From the IMG/VR virus record IMGVR_UViG_3300016675_000314: a stretch of DNA of 64,000 nucleotides; one strand, given 5' to 3'. The position numbers were made by a program, and so were the translations under genes. The notes below the pieces were generated by a model. The model did not search any database. It was not told where the DNA came from and saw only the letters and a program-made list of their open reading frames with translations. This DNA comes from a virus. Below are positions 17,793-28,194 of the stretch, one piece after another (the stretch's first letter is position 1; each line of letters starts with the position of its first letter).

Positions 17793-18302
17793 TTAAATAT
17801 CGTTACAAATCTTTATCATATCAACAAAAATGTCGCTGATATCAGCTATTAGATACGATAACAAGTACCAATTATGAATATCTTGATTTTCCTTACTATT
17901 CTCAATAGCTTTAGCTAATTTAAGAATCATAAGTACTTCTTTTTTAATTTCGTTTATGTGGTTTTCTGGTTTGATGTAAAAACCAGAATCGGTAGTATAA
18001 AACTTAATTACTGGTATAGCTTTCTTACCATGACTAGCATAGACAGTAGAAATAGATTTCTTATCTTGCAGCTCTTGGCGTATCCGTACCAATCTTTTAT
18101 ACAAATCAACCACACTTGTATACTGAGTAACCATTGTTTTAGTTACATCAATATTGTTTAAAGCATTAGATAATTTAGTATCATCTATTAAGTCTGTATA
18201 GAAACTCAACGCTTTAATTCTAAAGTCCGTAGAGTCTCCGGCTCTTTTTTCAAAGTACCGAAGTATAACTTTTACGGCTGTTTTGGTTATAAATTTTAAC
18301 AT
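17793..18302 (-). CDS. Hypothetical protein
   Basis: 169-aa ORF with AAGGAG upstream. Confidence 0.6.
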   Translation of the reverse strand: MLKFITKTAVKVILRYFEKRAGDSTDFRIKALSFYTDLIDDTKLSNALNNIDVTKTMVTQYTSVVDLYKRLVRIRQELQDKKSISTVYASHGKKAIPVIKFYTTDSGFYIKPENHINEIKKEVLMILKLAKAIENSKENQDIHNWYLLSYLIADISDIFVDMIKICNDI

Positions 18303-18420
18303 TACATTTATTTCACTCCTTAAAATACAGTAATTTCCATGGTTTTACAGTATTATGATATGTCATTGTGATTTCTTTAATTTAATCACAAATTTTTCAT
18401 AATTTTAGAGTGAGGTCATC

Positions 18421-18822
18421 ATGTCTGATATTGTTGATCAGGACGATATTGATCTTAATTATGCCCGTGAAAAAAGAAGAGCTATAGTAGAGGTTTTGTG
18501 CACCGATGGTAAAGTACCAACGGATCCTGAGGCACAAGCGACTATGCTCAAAGCTTTATCGGACATGAGTAAGGACGCTATTGCTAAAAAGAGAATTAAA
18601 TCTGACGAAAAGATTGCTAAAGGCAATACAGAAAATACAGCGCTTGTTGCTAGTCTTTTATCTCAGTTTAATCCAGCAATGATTTTAAATAATCAAAATA
18701 AACAAACAACAATTAAACCCGAAGTAGAATTGCAAAAACCTGATCTAGTGCCAGGAGAGACAGATATAAATCCACCTACAGAAAACTTTGAAACGTTTAC
18801 TGCTAGAATGGGTATGGGTTAA
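18421..18822 (+). CDS. Hypothetical protein
   Basis: 133-aa ORF with GAGG upstream, followed by a hairpin. Confidence 0.6.
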   Translation: MSDIVDQDDIDLNYAREKRRAIVEVLCTDGKVPTDPEAQATMLKALSDMSKDAIAKKRIKSDEKIAKGNTENTALVASLLSQFNPAMILNNQNKQTTIKPEVELQKPDLVPGETDINPPTENFETFTARMGMG

Positions 18823-18861
18823 CAAATGATAGCGTAGTAGGGTAAAGTTTTACATTACAAT

Positions 18862-18904
18862 CATAAATCCTAGGTAGGCTATTAGTGCTTACCTAGGATT
18901 TATG
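18862..18904. terminator. Hairpin between convergent genes; the perfect 15-bp stem includes CATA/TATG
   Basis: cataaatcctaggta...tacctaggatttatg. Confidence 0.72.
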
Positions 18905-18910
18905 ATGATG

Positions 18911-19651
18911 TTATTGATTTTGTTCACTCTTAAGCACTAAGTCCACGTCAATACAAAATAACTCTGTATCAATTACATTTATGCCTATATATGGAGAGCA
19001 CGAAATTTCAAACTCTCTAAATGGACTAATGCGTTTTTTCTTATATTCTTCTATTATTGTTGCAGACGGTGGTGTGCCAAAATAAATGCTTGGAATATAT
19101 AGAGTTATCTCTGGTATTTTACAAGTTTTAAACTCACCACTCTTAGCATGCGTGTCTAACCAATTACTGCTGTCGTACATCAGCATTGCTGCAAAAGTAT
19201 TCTTACAGTACCCCGGTGTTAAGTGCTCTAAACTCTTACTGATTATCTCAATGTCTACAAAACCGTCAGTATACTCTATAAAAGAGTTTAACAATTTGGC
19301 TACAAACTCTTTACTAACGGTGTAAGGGTAAACATTGATGTAGAGCTTAGCTCCTGCATCGTGCGGCGTGCCGATCTTCATACCGACCATTTTAAGACAT
19401 AGTTCTCTTATAAACTGCCTTGCTTTAGTCGGTAGTGAAAGCTCCAATGTTTCAAAATCTCTATTATCATAGAAAAATTTAAAACGAGCTTTATCTAGCT
19501 TATAAAACTCGTCTACACTTCTTTGAAAATATTTATCATCCAGAACCTTTATAGCAAGGTCTGGATGTATTTGTTTTAGTGTACCTAGTCTGGTGTCAAA
19601 TAAGACATCCAAGTCTACGTAAACACCTGAATTTGGCTTGTATGCACCCAT
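18911..19651 (-). CDS. Conserved phiKZ-family hypothetical protein
   Basis: 246 aa with a YVDLDVLFDTRLG N-terminal motif; adjacent to the RNAP beta C-part. Confidence 0.55.
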   Translation of the reverse strand: MGAYKPNSGVYVDLDVLFDTRLGTLKQIHPDLAIKVLDDKYFQRSVDEFYKLDKARFKFFYDNRDFETLELSLPTKARQFIRELCLKMVGMKIGTPHDAGAKLYINVYPYTVSKEFVAKLLNSFIEYTDGFVDIEIISKSLEHLTPGYCKNTFAAMLMYDSSNWLDTHAKSGEFKTCKIPEITLYIPSIYFGTPPSATIIEEYKKKRISPFREFEISCSPYIGINVIDTELFCIDVDLVLKSEQNQ

Positions 19652-19653
19652 AG

Positions 19654-20322
19654 TTAAAGAGTGGATTTAATATGCATGGCTGTTAGGATGGTTTTCATAG
19701 TCTTAGTAGACTCTACGCCAGAAGCGTATGGCGCAATAGCTTTAATGGATACTCCGCCTGTTCTTGAAATCATCGTGTTCATGGCGTCAAAACCTTTTAA
19801 ATCACCGCCACGAAACTTTATCATTTCAGTCATGTTCTGATCTAAACCCATTGCGGCTAAGACCTGCGCTTCAGGGTAAGAGATTTTAGCTCCTTTAGAT
19901 TTACCCGTTGGTTGACCAGTTAAATCGTCAACACTCTTATTATCCTCAGGAATAGATATCTTCTTAACTAAAAGCTGCGCCTGTCTGCGAAGAGGTAGCT
20001 TTACAACCATGTATGGAATAGGTGTTAAATAAGCAGGTCTATCACCAGAGGCGCCTATCCAGATACGTTGGAAGAAATCGTAATTAAGTTCTTTTGCTAA
20101 ATCAAGATTTCTTTGTGTAGATAAATCAGGCTTAGCGCCATTTGGAGCAATAAGACATAGATGTTTGGTCTTATCTTTTAAGTCAATCATAAACTGATGA
20201 AACTGCTCATCAGTCATTTTAGAAAACATATCTTGGTAGTATTGTTTATTTTCACTACCTGGCAAGATTTTATCAATATACTCAATAATAAAATCTTGAG
20301 CTTTTTGTCTTTTGGTACTCAT
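19654..20322 (-). CDS. Virion RNA polymerase beta subunit C-terminal part (phiKZ gp149-like)
   Basis: 222 aa; RRQAQLLVKKISIPEDNKSVDDLTGQPTGKSKGAKISYPEAQVLAA resembles the beta switch-3 region. Confidence 0.8.
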   Translation of the reverse strand: MSTKRQKAQDFIIEYIDKILPGSENKQYYQDMFSKMTDEQFHQFMIDLKDKTKHLCLIAPNGAKPDLSTQRNLDLAKELNYDFFQRIWIGASGDRPAYLTPIPYMVVKLPLRRQAQLLVKKISIPEDNKSVDDLTGQPTGKSKGAKISYPEAQVLAAMGLDQNMTEMIKFRGGDLKGFDAMNTMISRTGGVSIKAIAPYASGVESTKTMKTILTAMHIKSTL

Positions 20323-20325
20323 AGC

Positions 20326-20751
20326 TTATAATCCTGTTTGTATGGTCATAGAATTGCCCGCTATATAAAAGAGGGACGGTATCGAGTTATCGTCACAGTA
20401 GTGTTTTATTTTCTGCCCAGTATTAGTATTTCTACTAACAATATAAACACAAATCGACTGTCTTTTTATAAGGTGATATTCTTGACCAACAGGCAGTTTA
20501 CAAGCACGGTATCTTTTGCGTAACATGTAGTCTAAGAATTCGTTAGAATTTTGAGCTATAGCAAAGACTACACCCTCGTCTATGATTGGGTCTATGTAGT
20601 CTCTTAGACTTTTTTCTAGCTTACTGTAGTCATCAATACCGCTACCGACGACTACAGTAACCAATGCGTCCCAGGCTGTTAAAACAGATTCCTTGGCAGG
20701 TTGTTCTTCAACATAAATGGGATCACACTTTCTTCGAATAGTCGGCTCCAA
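20326..20751 (-). CDS. Hypothetical protein
   Basis: 141-aa ORF in a tight operon; overlaps the upstream ORF, so the start is uncertain. Confidence 0.45.
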   Translation of the reverse strand: MEPTIRRKCDPIYVEEQPAKESVLTAWDALVTVVVGSGIDDYSKLEKSLRDYIDPIIDEGVVFAIAQNSNEFLDYMLRKRYRACKLPVGQEYHLIKRQSICVYIVSRNTNTGQKIKHYCDDNSIPSLFYIAGNSMTIQTGL

Positions 20752-21113
20752 TCTGAAAACTCCCCAGTGTCAATTAGGCAGGTGCGTTCATTAATACTGT
20801 TTTGATCACGAATAGCAAGCATTTGCGAACGGAAGAACCTATTGAGCAAATGACGCTGCGCAATAGGGCGCATAAAACTTGCATCAATTACTAGTTTTGT
20901 ATTATTAAAGTAGTCAATAGCTTCTTGACTAAAGCCGTGTCTAGCAAAGCAGTCACGAACAATCGATACGAGACAAATATCGTCTGGGTGCCGTGGCTCA
21001 ACAAACATAGCCAATGGATTATTAGCCATAGCTGCTTCTTGGCGTTGTTGATCAAAGGGTTGCAGGCTACCGCTCATCAAGATGGACGTAGCTTCATTAA
21101 TTAAACCGGTCAT
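20679..21113 (-). CDS. Hypothetical protein
   Basis: 144-aa ORF between uvsX and the RNAP subunit gene. Confidence 0.55.
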   Translation of the reverse strand: MTGLINEATSILMSGSLQPFDQQRQEAAMANNPLAMFVEPRHPDDICLVSIVRDCFARHGFSQEAIDYFNNTKLVIDASFMRPIAQRHLLNRFFRSQMLAIRDQNSINERTCLIDTGEFSDWSRLFEESVIPFMLKNNLPRNLF

Positions 21114-21138
21114 TTTAAATGTCTTTCTTTTTAATTGT

Positions 21139-22584
21139 TTATTGAGAAACGTATTTTGATTTACGTGTTTTGTCTGGATTCATCCAGTATGGAAAATATT
21201 GACCTACTCGCATTTTAAGAAGATCGAGCGTAGTCAACATAGGGACATGGTAGTCTTTATTGTTAAGTGTCCACCACCCTCGTGTGTTCAAGAGATCGTT
21301 AATGTCGTATCCAAGCTTTTTTAAGTCTTCATAAAGCTGCGCTGGAGTACACAATAACTCTTTAGGGAATGCTGGCCAATATTGAGAAATTTGAAGCATT
21401 TCAGAGGTAATGTTCATTGCTCTTGCAAGCAATGGGTCATTATCTAGTTTACCTCTAACTGTGGTTCGCATAAGTTTAACATCAGGATAAAGATCAAGCC
21501 AGTAATTTCTATCATTACCACCAAGGCCCCATCGTCCATTTGTTTTACAATAATGAAACTCACTAAGAGACGCAAGCACACCCTCTTTTTGAGACACTAG
21601 TAAATTAATGGAGTAACCAGTTGGGCCGTTCTTACCACGAAGTTGTGTTAGCGTAACAATGTTTAAATCTGTATCACCCACCAAAGCATCTTCACCGTCT
21701 CTTGGGTATTCCGCTGCTTTTGTGGTTTGATTGATGTATGGTGCGGCATTTTTAGCATGCCAGCAATTATGCAATAAAAAGAAGAACTTAGTAGTAACGC
21801 CTTTAATAGCGTCACCGTTTTTAAGATGTTGTAATTTTTTCTCTGGTGCTACAGGCATTGGTCCGGTAGCCATTTCAATTTTCTTACCTACGTGAGCGGT
21901 AAGTGTAAGATAACCGCCGCCGGCGCCTATTAGCGCAGGCAATTCCATAAGAAAACGAGTTTGTGCTAAACCTTTGCGCATATGCACTGTGTTACCGCCA
22001 GAGTCACCCAATTCATTTTTATTCTGAATATCAGCAACATCTGATGTTTCAAATTCACTAAAAGAATCAATTTCAGTAAATGTAGGCACAGGAAACTTCA
22101 TTAATGTTTTACCGTCCCTATCTGGAAACGGTGTGTTATAATGAATTTTTTCCGATGCTTTTTTATCTTTCATAAACTTTTTAAAAACCTCATACCACTC
22201 ATTAGCGTAGTAGCAGGTTTTATCAGTAATAGACCAAACCCCTTCATGGATTAGATCTTTTCCTTTAAAGTTAGGAAAGCGATTAGAATAAAAACGTTTT
22301 AGTTCAGGTTCACTAATATTAATCTCAGTATCGTAGGTGCTGAGAGAACTAGTAGAAACAGCCATGATCTTATCTAAAGCTGATAGATTCATGTAATGAG
22401 CAATGGTAGATTTAAAATTATTACCAATACCAACTACAGCAGTAATAGATGCCAATCCTCCATTGAGGATGCTTTCGCCGTCGAGTCCAGTAATATAAAT
22501 GCCTGTGGGTATGTCAAAAAGAGCACCAATATTAATAGCCGGTTTAACAGGTAGGGCTCTTTGGAAACCTGGGTTTAAATCCAT
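21139..22584 (-). CDS. uvsX: UvsX/RecA-like recombinase (phiKZ gp152-like)
   Basis: Walker A variant GIGNNFKST and Walker B-like TEIDSFS. Probable start MDLNPG at 22584 with AAGGA upstream (ORF track extends to 22629). Confidence 0.8.
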   Translation of the reverse strand: MDLNPGFQRALPVKPAINIGALFDIPTGIYITGLDGESILNGGLASITAVVGIGNNFKSTIAHYMNLSALDKIMAVSTSSLSTYDTEINISEPELKRFYSNRFPNFKGKDLIHEGVWSITDKTCYYANEWYEVFKKFMKDKKASEKIHYNTPFPDRDGKTLMKFPVPTFTEIDSFSEFETSDVADIQNKNELGDSGGNTVHMRKGLAQTRFLMELPALIGAGGGYLTLTAHVGKKIEMATGPMPVAPEKKLQHLKNGDAIKGVTTKFFFLLHNCWHAKNAAPYINQTTKAAEYPRDGEDALVGDTDLNIVTLTQLRGKNGPTGYSINLLVSQKEGVLASLSEFHYCKTNGRWGLGGNDRNYWLDLYPDVKLMRTTVRGKLDNDPLLARAMNITSEMLQISQYWPAFPKELLCTPAQLYEDLKKLGYDINDLLNTRGWWTLNNKDYHVPMLTTLDLLKMRVGQYFPYWMNPDKTRKSKYVSQ

Positions 22585-22733
22585 ATCAAATCCTTTTATA
22601 TACCTAATTGCTTTGGCGTATTGCCTCAATCAATTGAATGGTCGCGTAAAAATTGCATCATTTTATGAACTCTAATACTTTTTAAGTGTTTTAATAGAAC
22701 ACACCACTTGTTTATTAAAAAGGCTAAACCAAA

Positions 22734-23582
22734 ATGGGCGCTATTCTCTCTCCTGATGTTGATCTTGATTTGTCTATGGAACACTGCTACCAAGCAATTA
22801 GCATGGAGGCTTTTTCTGTAGAGTCTATTCTTGGCGTTATTAAAAAATATCTTCCTGGACTTAGCCGTGGTTTTAAAGGCGCCACCAGTGTACTGCATGA
22901 CAGCAATCTAAGCAATATTGAAGATCTACCTAAAGATTTTCGCACCACCGCCCTAGTTCTTAGATCTGTCGATTATTTAACATTAGAGAAGTTTCGTGTT
23001 TATGTTCACGAAGGCTTCAACTCTAAGCTACTTGATGCTGTTCCTTTTTTGAACAGCATCATTGACCATATGGGTTTTGTTACTAATCTTACTACTGATT
23101 ATCGCATGTTTCTCTCTGGAGTTATTAGCAATAAAGATTCCAGAATTAGTTTAAATAGTCATAGAGAGATTTATAAAAAAAGTGAAACACTTGTTCATGA
23201 ACTTGGTAAAGAAATTGCTAGTCACTATACAGCAAATTCTTATAACACAATTAAAACATTTCATGAGTGTTTTGATAGGAATAGTGATGCTGAAAAGTTT
23301 TATATCGAGATGCAAAAGATTCATTCACGTTTAAACGCAGTGTCTATTGCGGATATTCGTAAGTCAGTGGATTTGTGTGCTGAGTATCTTGATACGTTTA
23401 TTAATTCTATTAAAAGTGGTGAGGTTAATGATGTCTCTAATGAGGTGATTAAAGACCTGGCCACAGGGTCATACCGCATTGCAAAAGAAGCTGAATTTAT
23501 TGCAGCTAATTACTACCGTGTGAATATCTTTATCTCTACAGCTCAGCGTTTAGCTAAAGACATTAATGCTCTTAAGATGTAA
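22734..23582 (+). CDS. Putative virion (head) protein
   Basis: 282 aa; ISMEAFS resembles a prohead-protease site ending in E-A/F. Lies between uvsX and RNase H, as recalled for phiKZ gp153. Confidence 0.45.
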   Translation: MGAILSPDVDLDLSMEHCYQAISMEAFSVESILGVIKKYLPGLSRGFKGATSVLHDSNLSNIEDLPKDFRTTALVLRSVDYLTLEKFRVYVHEGFNSKLLDAVPFLNSIIDHMGFVTNLTTDYRMFLSGVISNKDSRISLNSHREIYKKSETLVHELGKEIASHYTANSYNTIKTFHECFDRNSDAEKFYIEMQKIHSRLNAVSIADIRKSVDLCAEYLDTFINSIKSGEVNDVSNEVIKDLATGSYRIAKEAEFIAANYYRVNIFISTAQRLAKDINALKM

Positions 23583-23587
23583 TACAG

Positions 23588-23636
23588 CATAATAATCCCC
23601 TAGGAGTTTTTGCTCCTAGGGGATTATTATTTTTTG
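23588..23636. terminator. Bidirectional hairpin, 18-bp stem, with a T-tract
   Basis: c-ataataatcccctaggag-tttttg-ctcctaggggattattat-tttttt, between convergent genes. Confidence 0.8.
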
Positions 23637-23680
23637 ACTTATTCGAGGTAGTCGTTTTTATTTTCTCTTTATTATTTTTA

Positions 23681-24124
23681 TCACCCGTTTTGTAGATTAT
23701 TGACATTGACCAGTAACTTAACCAAATCGGCCCGCATTTGATTAGTTGTGCCGTATCTCAGCCATTGGGGTGACTTTCTGATTATGTTATCAGATAAAAT
23801 TCTAGCTTGCGAGGTGACAATTGTGGCCCTAGGCATTTCGGAGAGTTTAGCTAAAACAATCCCTGTATTACCTACTGGCTCAGTTCGTGGTACTACGTCG
23901 GCCCATATACGTTCGTTCAGCAGCGGTGGTACCATAGCTGATTTTGCGTTATTAGACAAATGAAGTAACTGGTTAAGTTTATTTACTAATTCCTCATCAG
24001 GTTTATGATTGCCCTGAATGTATGCTAAGAGTGACGATAGAAATATCATCCTCTTTACACGTCTTGGTAGGAACCCATCAAGAAACTCAACCCACTTTCT
24101 AGAAACGAATGACGTTACAGCCAT
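23681..24124 (-). CDS. Hypothetical protein
   Basis: 147-aa ORF with AAGGA upstream. Confidence 0.55.
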   Translation of the reverse strand: MAVTSFVSRKWVEFLDGFLPRRVKRMIFLSSLLAYIQGNHKPDEELVNKLNQLLHLSNNAKSAMVPPLLNERIWADVVPRTEPVGNTGIVLAKLSEMPRATIVTSQARILSDNIIRKSPQWLRYGTTNQMRADLVKLLVNVNNLQNG

Positions 24125-24205
24125 CAGTATTCCTTTCGTTGGTGGAATGAAGTCTTTGTAAGAGTATAGTTATCTCCCAATAAGATTAAACGAAAATTTA
24201 ATCTA

Positions 24206-25735
24206 TTATAAATTACTATACTGCTTAGCGTCCTCCATCATGGCGTCGTGAATAATAACTAAGTTAGAATAAAAACCACACCAAATACTCACGTCTTCTT
24301 TATAATGGACAATAGTGGCGTATTTAAAAATATCAGGAGCATCTGACCAGGTAATTATAAAGACCTTGGGGTCACCGCTATCTATTCTTTTTAGCGTATT
24401 TCTATCAGGTAAATCTATTCCGAGTGTTAATGTAGTAGGCAAGAGTAACTCACCCCTCTTTGTTTTTACATTAGCTCTTGTTTTAAGAGCAGCGTACCCT
24501 ACGTTGTACTCGGGTTTAAGAGTTGTTTCAACCACAACGTCTATAACGCCTTTTTTCTTCTTTTCAATCGTTCTAATATCGTAAAGAATAGGGGTAATAT
24601 TTGTAATGTAAAAGTCTTTTAGTGTGCCCGCTCTGTAACCCATTAAAATAGTCTTAAGATTGCCAAGACAGTCAAAAGCTCTTTGAGCAATTAAAGGAGG
24701 TTCCAGTACGTCCGCTATGGGGGTCTTACAAAAAGTAGTCCTAATGTCGTGTGAGTTTGGTCTATACTTAGTAAGAAAGAATTGTCTATGATCCGTGAGA
24801 TCGTCATAAACGTCAGGTGTAAAGATATTATCTACATGTGCTTTTACAAGGCGCTCGTAGTCGCCAGTATTATCGCTCATGTATTCTCTAATAAACTCTA
24901 GTACAGGATCCGCCTCAGTTGTTTGAATTACAGCGTATGCACCATCTGAAACTTTTTTACCAAGAAGCTCATTTCTGTTGTCTTGATTACCTAACAGATA
25001 TTCACCAGCCACATGAGTGTCTTTATTTGTAGAAAAATAAAGACTGCGATGAGACAACAAAGGATGTTTGTCTATATCGGTTTTCCAATAACCGTCGGCA
25101 GTTGTCTCTTTGCATAAAAATCTAGTCTGACCAGCAGACGAGTAGGCTTTACCAATAGTGGCGAGTCTGTCAGCTATTAAATTGCCGTGACTGTTGTCTT
25201 GACCGTCCCCGTGCCCTCTTACCCAAACGTATGTTAGCTCCACGCCTCTGTTTTTAAGTACTTCGATGTGACCTAACAACGATAACCAGCGTTCTGCGTG
25301 AGGTACAGGACTACCGTCACGTTTAATCCAGTTGTTAGCTATCCAGCTCTTAGACCAATCAGTAATGCCGTTGAGCACATATTCACTATCGCAAATAAGT
25401 GCGAGTTTGCTAAGATTGTATTGAGTCGCTTTTTCTAAAGCGTTACTAGCCGCGCTTAGTTCAGCAATGTTGTTAGTGCCGTATTCCGAATTACTACCTA
25501 TAGCGTCAATATAACTAACTGGTGTTACTTGTTCATTGTTATCAGTATTCAAATTTGATTTACTAACATAGCCTCCACTAGTCAAAACATGACTAACTAG
25601 ACCAGCGCCTTTTTTAGGTTTATCAAATTTATAAATATAACCATGTATACCGTAACCCATAAAACCTGGGTTTGTTGGCCCGCAGCCGCCGTCCGTATAA
25701 AAAACAGCGCCCTGTTGTTCTTCGTTTTCAAGCAT
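24206..25735 (-). CDS. rnhA: Ribonuclease HI (phiKZ gp155-like) with a C-terminal extension
   Basis: FYTDGGC, TNNIAEL, CDSEYV, WVRGH and GNLIADRLA supply the full D-E-D-D catalytic set. Confidence 0.9.
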   Translation of the reverse strand: MLENEEQQGAVFYTDGGCGPTNPGFMGYGIHGYIYKFDKPKKGAGLVSHVLTSGGYVSKSNLNTDNNEQVTPVSYIDAIGSNSEYGTNNIAELSAASNALEKATQYNLSKLALICDSEYVLNGITDWSKSWIANNWIKRDGSPVPHAERWLSLLGHIEVLKNRGVELTYVWVRGHGDGQDNSHGNLIADRLATIGKAYSSAGQTRFLCKETTADGYWKTDIDKHPLLSHRSLYFSTNKDTHVAGEYLLGNQDNRNELLGKKVSDGAYAVIQTTEADPVLEFIREYMSDNTGDYERLVKAHVDNIFTPDVYDDLTDHRQFFLTKYRPNSHDIRTTFCKTPIADVLEPPLIAQRAFDCLGNLKTILMGYRAGTLKDFYITNITPILYDIRTIEKKKKGVIDVVVETTLKPEYNVGYAALKTRANVKTKRGELLLPTTLTLGIDLPDRNTLKRIDSGDPKVFIITWSDAPDIFKYATIVHYKEDVSIWCGFYSNLVIIHDAMMEDAKQYSNL

Positions 25736-25771
25736 CTTTACTCCAAAAACTTAAATCTCAGTACAAAATAT

Positions 25772-25804
25772 GTCTACACAGGGTATTTTTTACCCTGTGT
25801 AGAC
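25772..25804. terminator. Intergenic hairpin, 14-bp stem
   Basis: gtctacacagggta-ttttt-taccctgtgtagac. Confidence 0.65.
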
Positions 25805-25817
25805 TTTAATATAAGTT

Positions 25818-26144
25818 TTATTTAGTAACAATTTTTTGTTGCTTTGTAGCTTTAATTGTGGGTGCAACATAATTACTTGGTTCTGCACTGTCTTGCTTTG
25901 TACAGGTTGCTACAGCAGCCTCGTACTTTTTCTCTAGTCTTACGGTATCTACCGCTAAACTAAATAATTTAAAAAATAGCCAGCCACAAATAAAAAACCA
26001 AGTAAAATGTATTTTTAAAGTTGATTTTGTTTTTTGTGCATAAGGCGAGCCACGATACGCTATGTTAGTGCGTTTGTTTTTCTCAACAAAAACATCACCA
26101 AAAAAGTGAGCAATAGCAATAAGTACTTTGATAATTTCAAACAT
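25818..26144 (-). CDS. Small putative membrane protein
   Basis: 108 aa with a hydrophobic HFTWFFICGWLFFKLFSLAV segment; AAGGA upstream. Confidence 0.5.
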   Translation of the reverse strand: MFEIIKVLIAIAHFFGDVFVEKNKRTNIAYRGSPYAQKTKSTLKIHFTWFFICGWLFFKLFSLAVDTVRLEKKYEAAVATCTKQDSAEPSNYVAPTIKATKQQKIVTK

Positions 26145-26220
26145 ACCTATGTATCCTTTCCATTTTATGTGTTATAGTTATTTTTGAATTCACCCTAATA
26201 ATCACTCAAGAGGCTGTAGG

Positions 26221-27516
26221 ATGACTTATATCTTGAATGGGTTTGTTAAGATCAAACCCAAGATCAATAACGCCGTAGGAATTATATCGCCTGTTGGCGA
26301 ATTGTCAACCTACGCGCAAACATTTACCAAAGAATTGGCCGAATTTGACGATGTTCGCTGGCCTGATGTCGCATTTGTTGGCTTCAAATCAGAAAACCCT
26401 ACTGGCAAGGTTCTTATTACAAGAATTTATGCTGACCATATTTTAGAGCTGTCTAAACAGGTCTATGATTTTTGTAATAACTTTGTTGGCCAAATAACAA
26501 CGCTTGATGTTGCTAACAATTTAATGGCTACATATTTGGGTGTTGTAACCGACCTTGTCGTCGGTCCGTTGGTTACGGGTGCTGGCATTACAATGCCGGA
26601 ATGGATTAGTTGGTCTAATTCGTCGTTTGGTACAAATTCTATTAAGGTTTGGTATTCTGATCCAGCATTCAGATTACAATATCCCGATTATGAAATTGTA
26701 GTCATTCCTCCGGTTGACACTATTGATATTTTCTTCAGACCGATCGATGATGTAAAAGCAGCGTTAGCGGCTAGAACACCCGGTATGTCTGCCGAGATGG
26801 TTCAAGAAGCCAAAGATGGTAATCCTGAAACAATTTACCGCATTGATGATTTTACATATCACTGTCCAACAAATCCAGAATATAGACCTAATACATCTTG
26901 GTCGGTACTGGTTTATGGCAGCGCTGGCGACAACACAGATCTTGTTAAAATGGCTATTAGAGAATACTGTTTGGCCAACAGTACTAGATCTCTTACAGAG
27001 TGGGCGGCAATATTTCCAGATATCTTTAAAACCACAGAGTTTATAATTTGGCCATTTTGGAATAAAATAGCAATACCAAATAGGGTTTCCCAGGTAGGTA
27101 TGTTCTCACCAGTTATTAGTCCGAAAATGGCTTTAATTGAGATTAAAAATAAATTTGCTACAGAAATGGCCACACATATCGAAGATAACCTTATGCTGAT
27201 GGGGCATAACTACAGATCTGTCGTTATGGGTGTCTTTGGTGGCATGGAAAACAAAAACAATTTATTTAAAATAACCGATTATTTCTCAGACTATATTGAT
27301 GTTGGGACTAACTCTCCAGATTTTAGCCGAATGACTAAGAACACCCAGCGATGGTCATACATGTTGGCTGAGTTATTAGCTATTGCTGAAAATCCAAATA
27401 GTGTACCAACATTACCTGCCAGAATTAAAAAATTGACAAGAGCCGGTAATACTTATATTACACAATCTTTTAATAACATTTTGTATATGGTAGCAATTAA
27501 AACAGACACGCCATGA
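26221..27516 (+). CDS. Virion structural protein (phiKZ gp157-like)
   Basis: 431 aa; ISPVGELST, WYSDPAF..QYPDYEIVVIPP and FPDIFKTTEF motifs, plus position after RNase H. Confidence 0.6.
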   Translation: MTYILNGFVKIKPKINNAVGIISPVGELSTYAQTFTKELAEFDDVRWPDVAFVGFKSENPTGKVLITRIYADHILELSKQVYDFCNNFVGQITTLDVANNLMATYLGVVTDLVVGPLVTGAGITMPEWISWSNSSFGTNSIKVWYSDPAFRLQYPDYEIVVIPPVDTIDIFFRPIDDVKAALAARTPGMSAEMVQEAKDGNPETIYRIDDFTYHCPTNPEYRPNTSWSVLVYGSAGDNTDLVKMAIREYCLANSTRSLTEWAAIFPDIFKTTEFIIWPFWNKIAIPNRVSQVGMFSPVISPKMALIEIKNKFATEMATHIEDNLMLMGHNYRSVVMGVFGGMENKNNLFKITDYFSDYIDVGTNSPDFSRMTKNTQRWSYMLAELLAIAENPNSVPTLPARIKKLTRAGNTYITQSFNNILYMVAIKTDTP

Positions 27517-28136
27517 CAATACACATTGTTCCTGAAATAGGGTCCAGTGGTAAATACGAATACAAAACTCCGTTTGATACTTTAGGTAATAATCAAACAG
27601 AATTTACATGTATGTCAGTGAGAAGACTCACTGACTGTATAGCTGTTGGGGAAGACCCTTTTAAAAAGTACTATAAACCATACAAACTAACAGAAGCAGA
27701 CTACCAGCAAGATGTTGCTGATAATGTTTCAATTATTGGTTTACAATCGGCCGTAGGTCAATGGCTGTATATACCTAACTCGTATCTGTTATCTTACCCG
27801 GATGTATCCGGCGTAAGGTATGTGACTATGGTGTTGGCGGCGAACATAGGCGCAATACCAGAGACACTTGATTTAGAGAGTTTAGCCAACGACGTATCCG
27901 ATGTTATTAGGGCAAAAATAGGAATTGCTGCTGAAGTAAAACCAGTAATAACTTCTCAGCCTGCTCTTGTTAGTCACGACGATCATTCTAGGCTAGAAAA
28001 GGCTAGAAAGAACGCTATAAGTTCTGATCCACCGTTATCGCTAAAAGTTGTAGAACTACTTTCAACTGTTTCACAGTTAATGGAACAAAATAAAATACTT
28101 AGCGATTTTATTAAGTCTAGAAATTTGACACCATAA
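27513..28136 (+). CDS. Conserved hypothetical/structural protein
   Basis: 207 aa; ATGA overlap with the upstream gene. Confidence 0.55.
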   Translation: MTIHIVPEIGSSGKYEYKTPFDTLGNNQTEFTCMSVRRLTDCIAVGEDPFKKYYKPYKLTEADYQQDVADNVSIIGLQSAVGQWLYIPNSYLLSYPDVSGVRYVTMVLAANIGAIPETLDLESLANDVSDVIRAKIGIAAEVKPVITSQPALVSHDDHSRLEKARKNAISSDPPLSLKVVELLSTVSQLMEQNKILSDFIKSRNLTP

Positions 28137-28138
28137 AA

Positions 28139-28177
28139 CATAATAGCCACTACAGGTATCACCTGTAGTGGCTATTA
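28139..28177. terminator. Hairpin between convergent genes, 17-bp stem, CATA on the left
   Basis: ca-taatagccactacaggt-atc-acctgtagtggctatta. Confidence 0.72.
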
Positions 28178-28194
28178 TAATCACTTAAATTAAA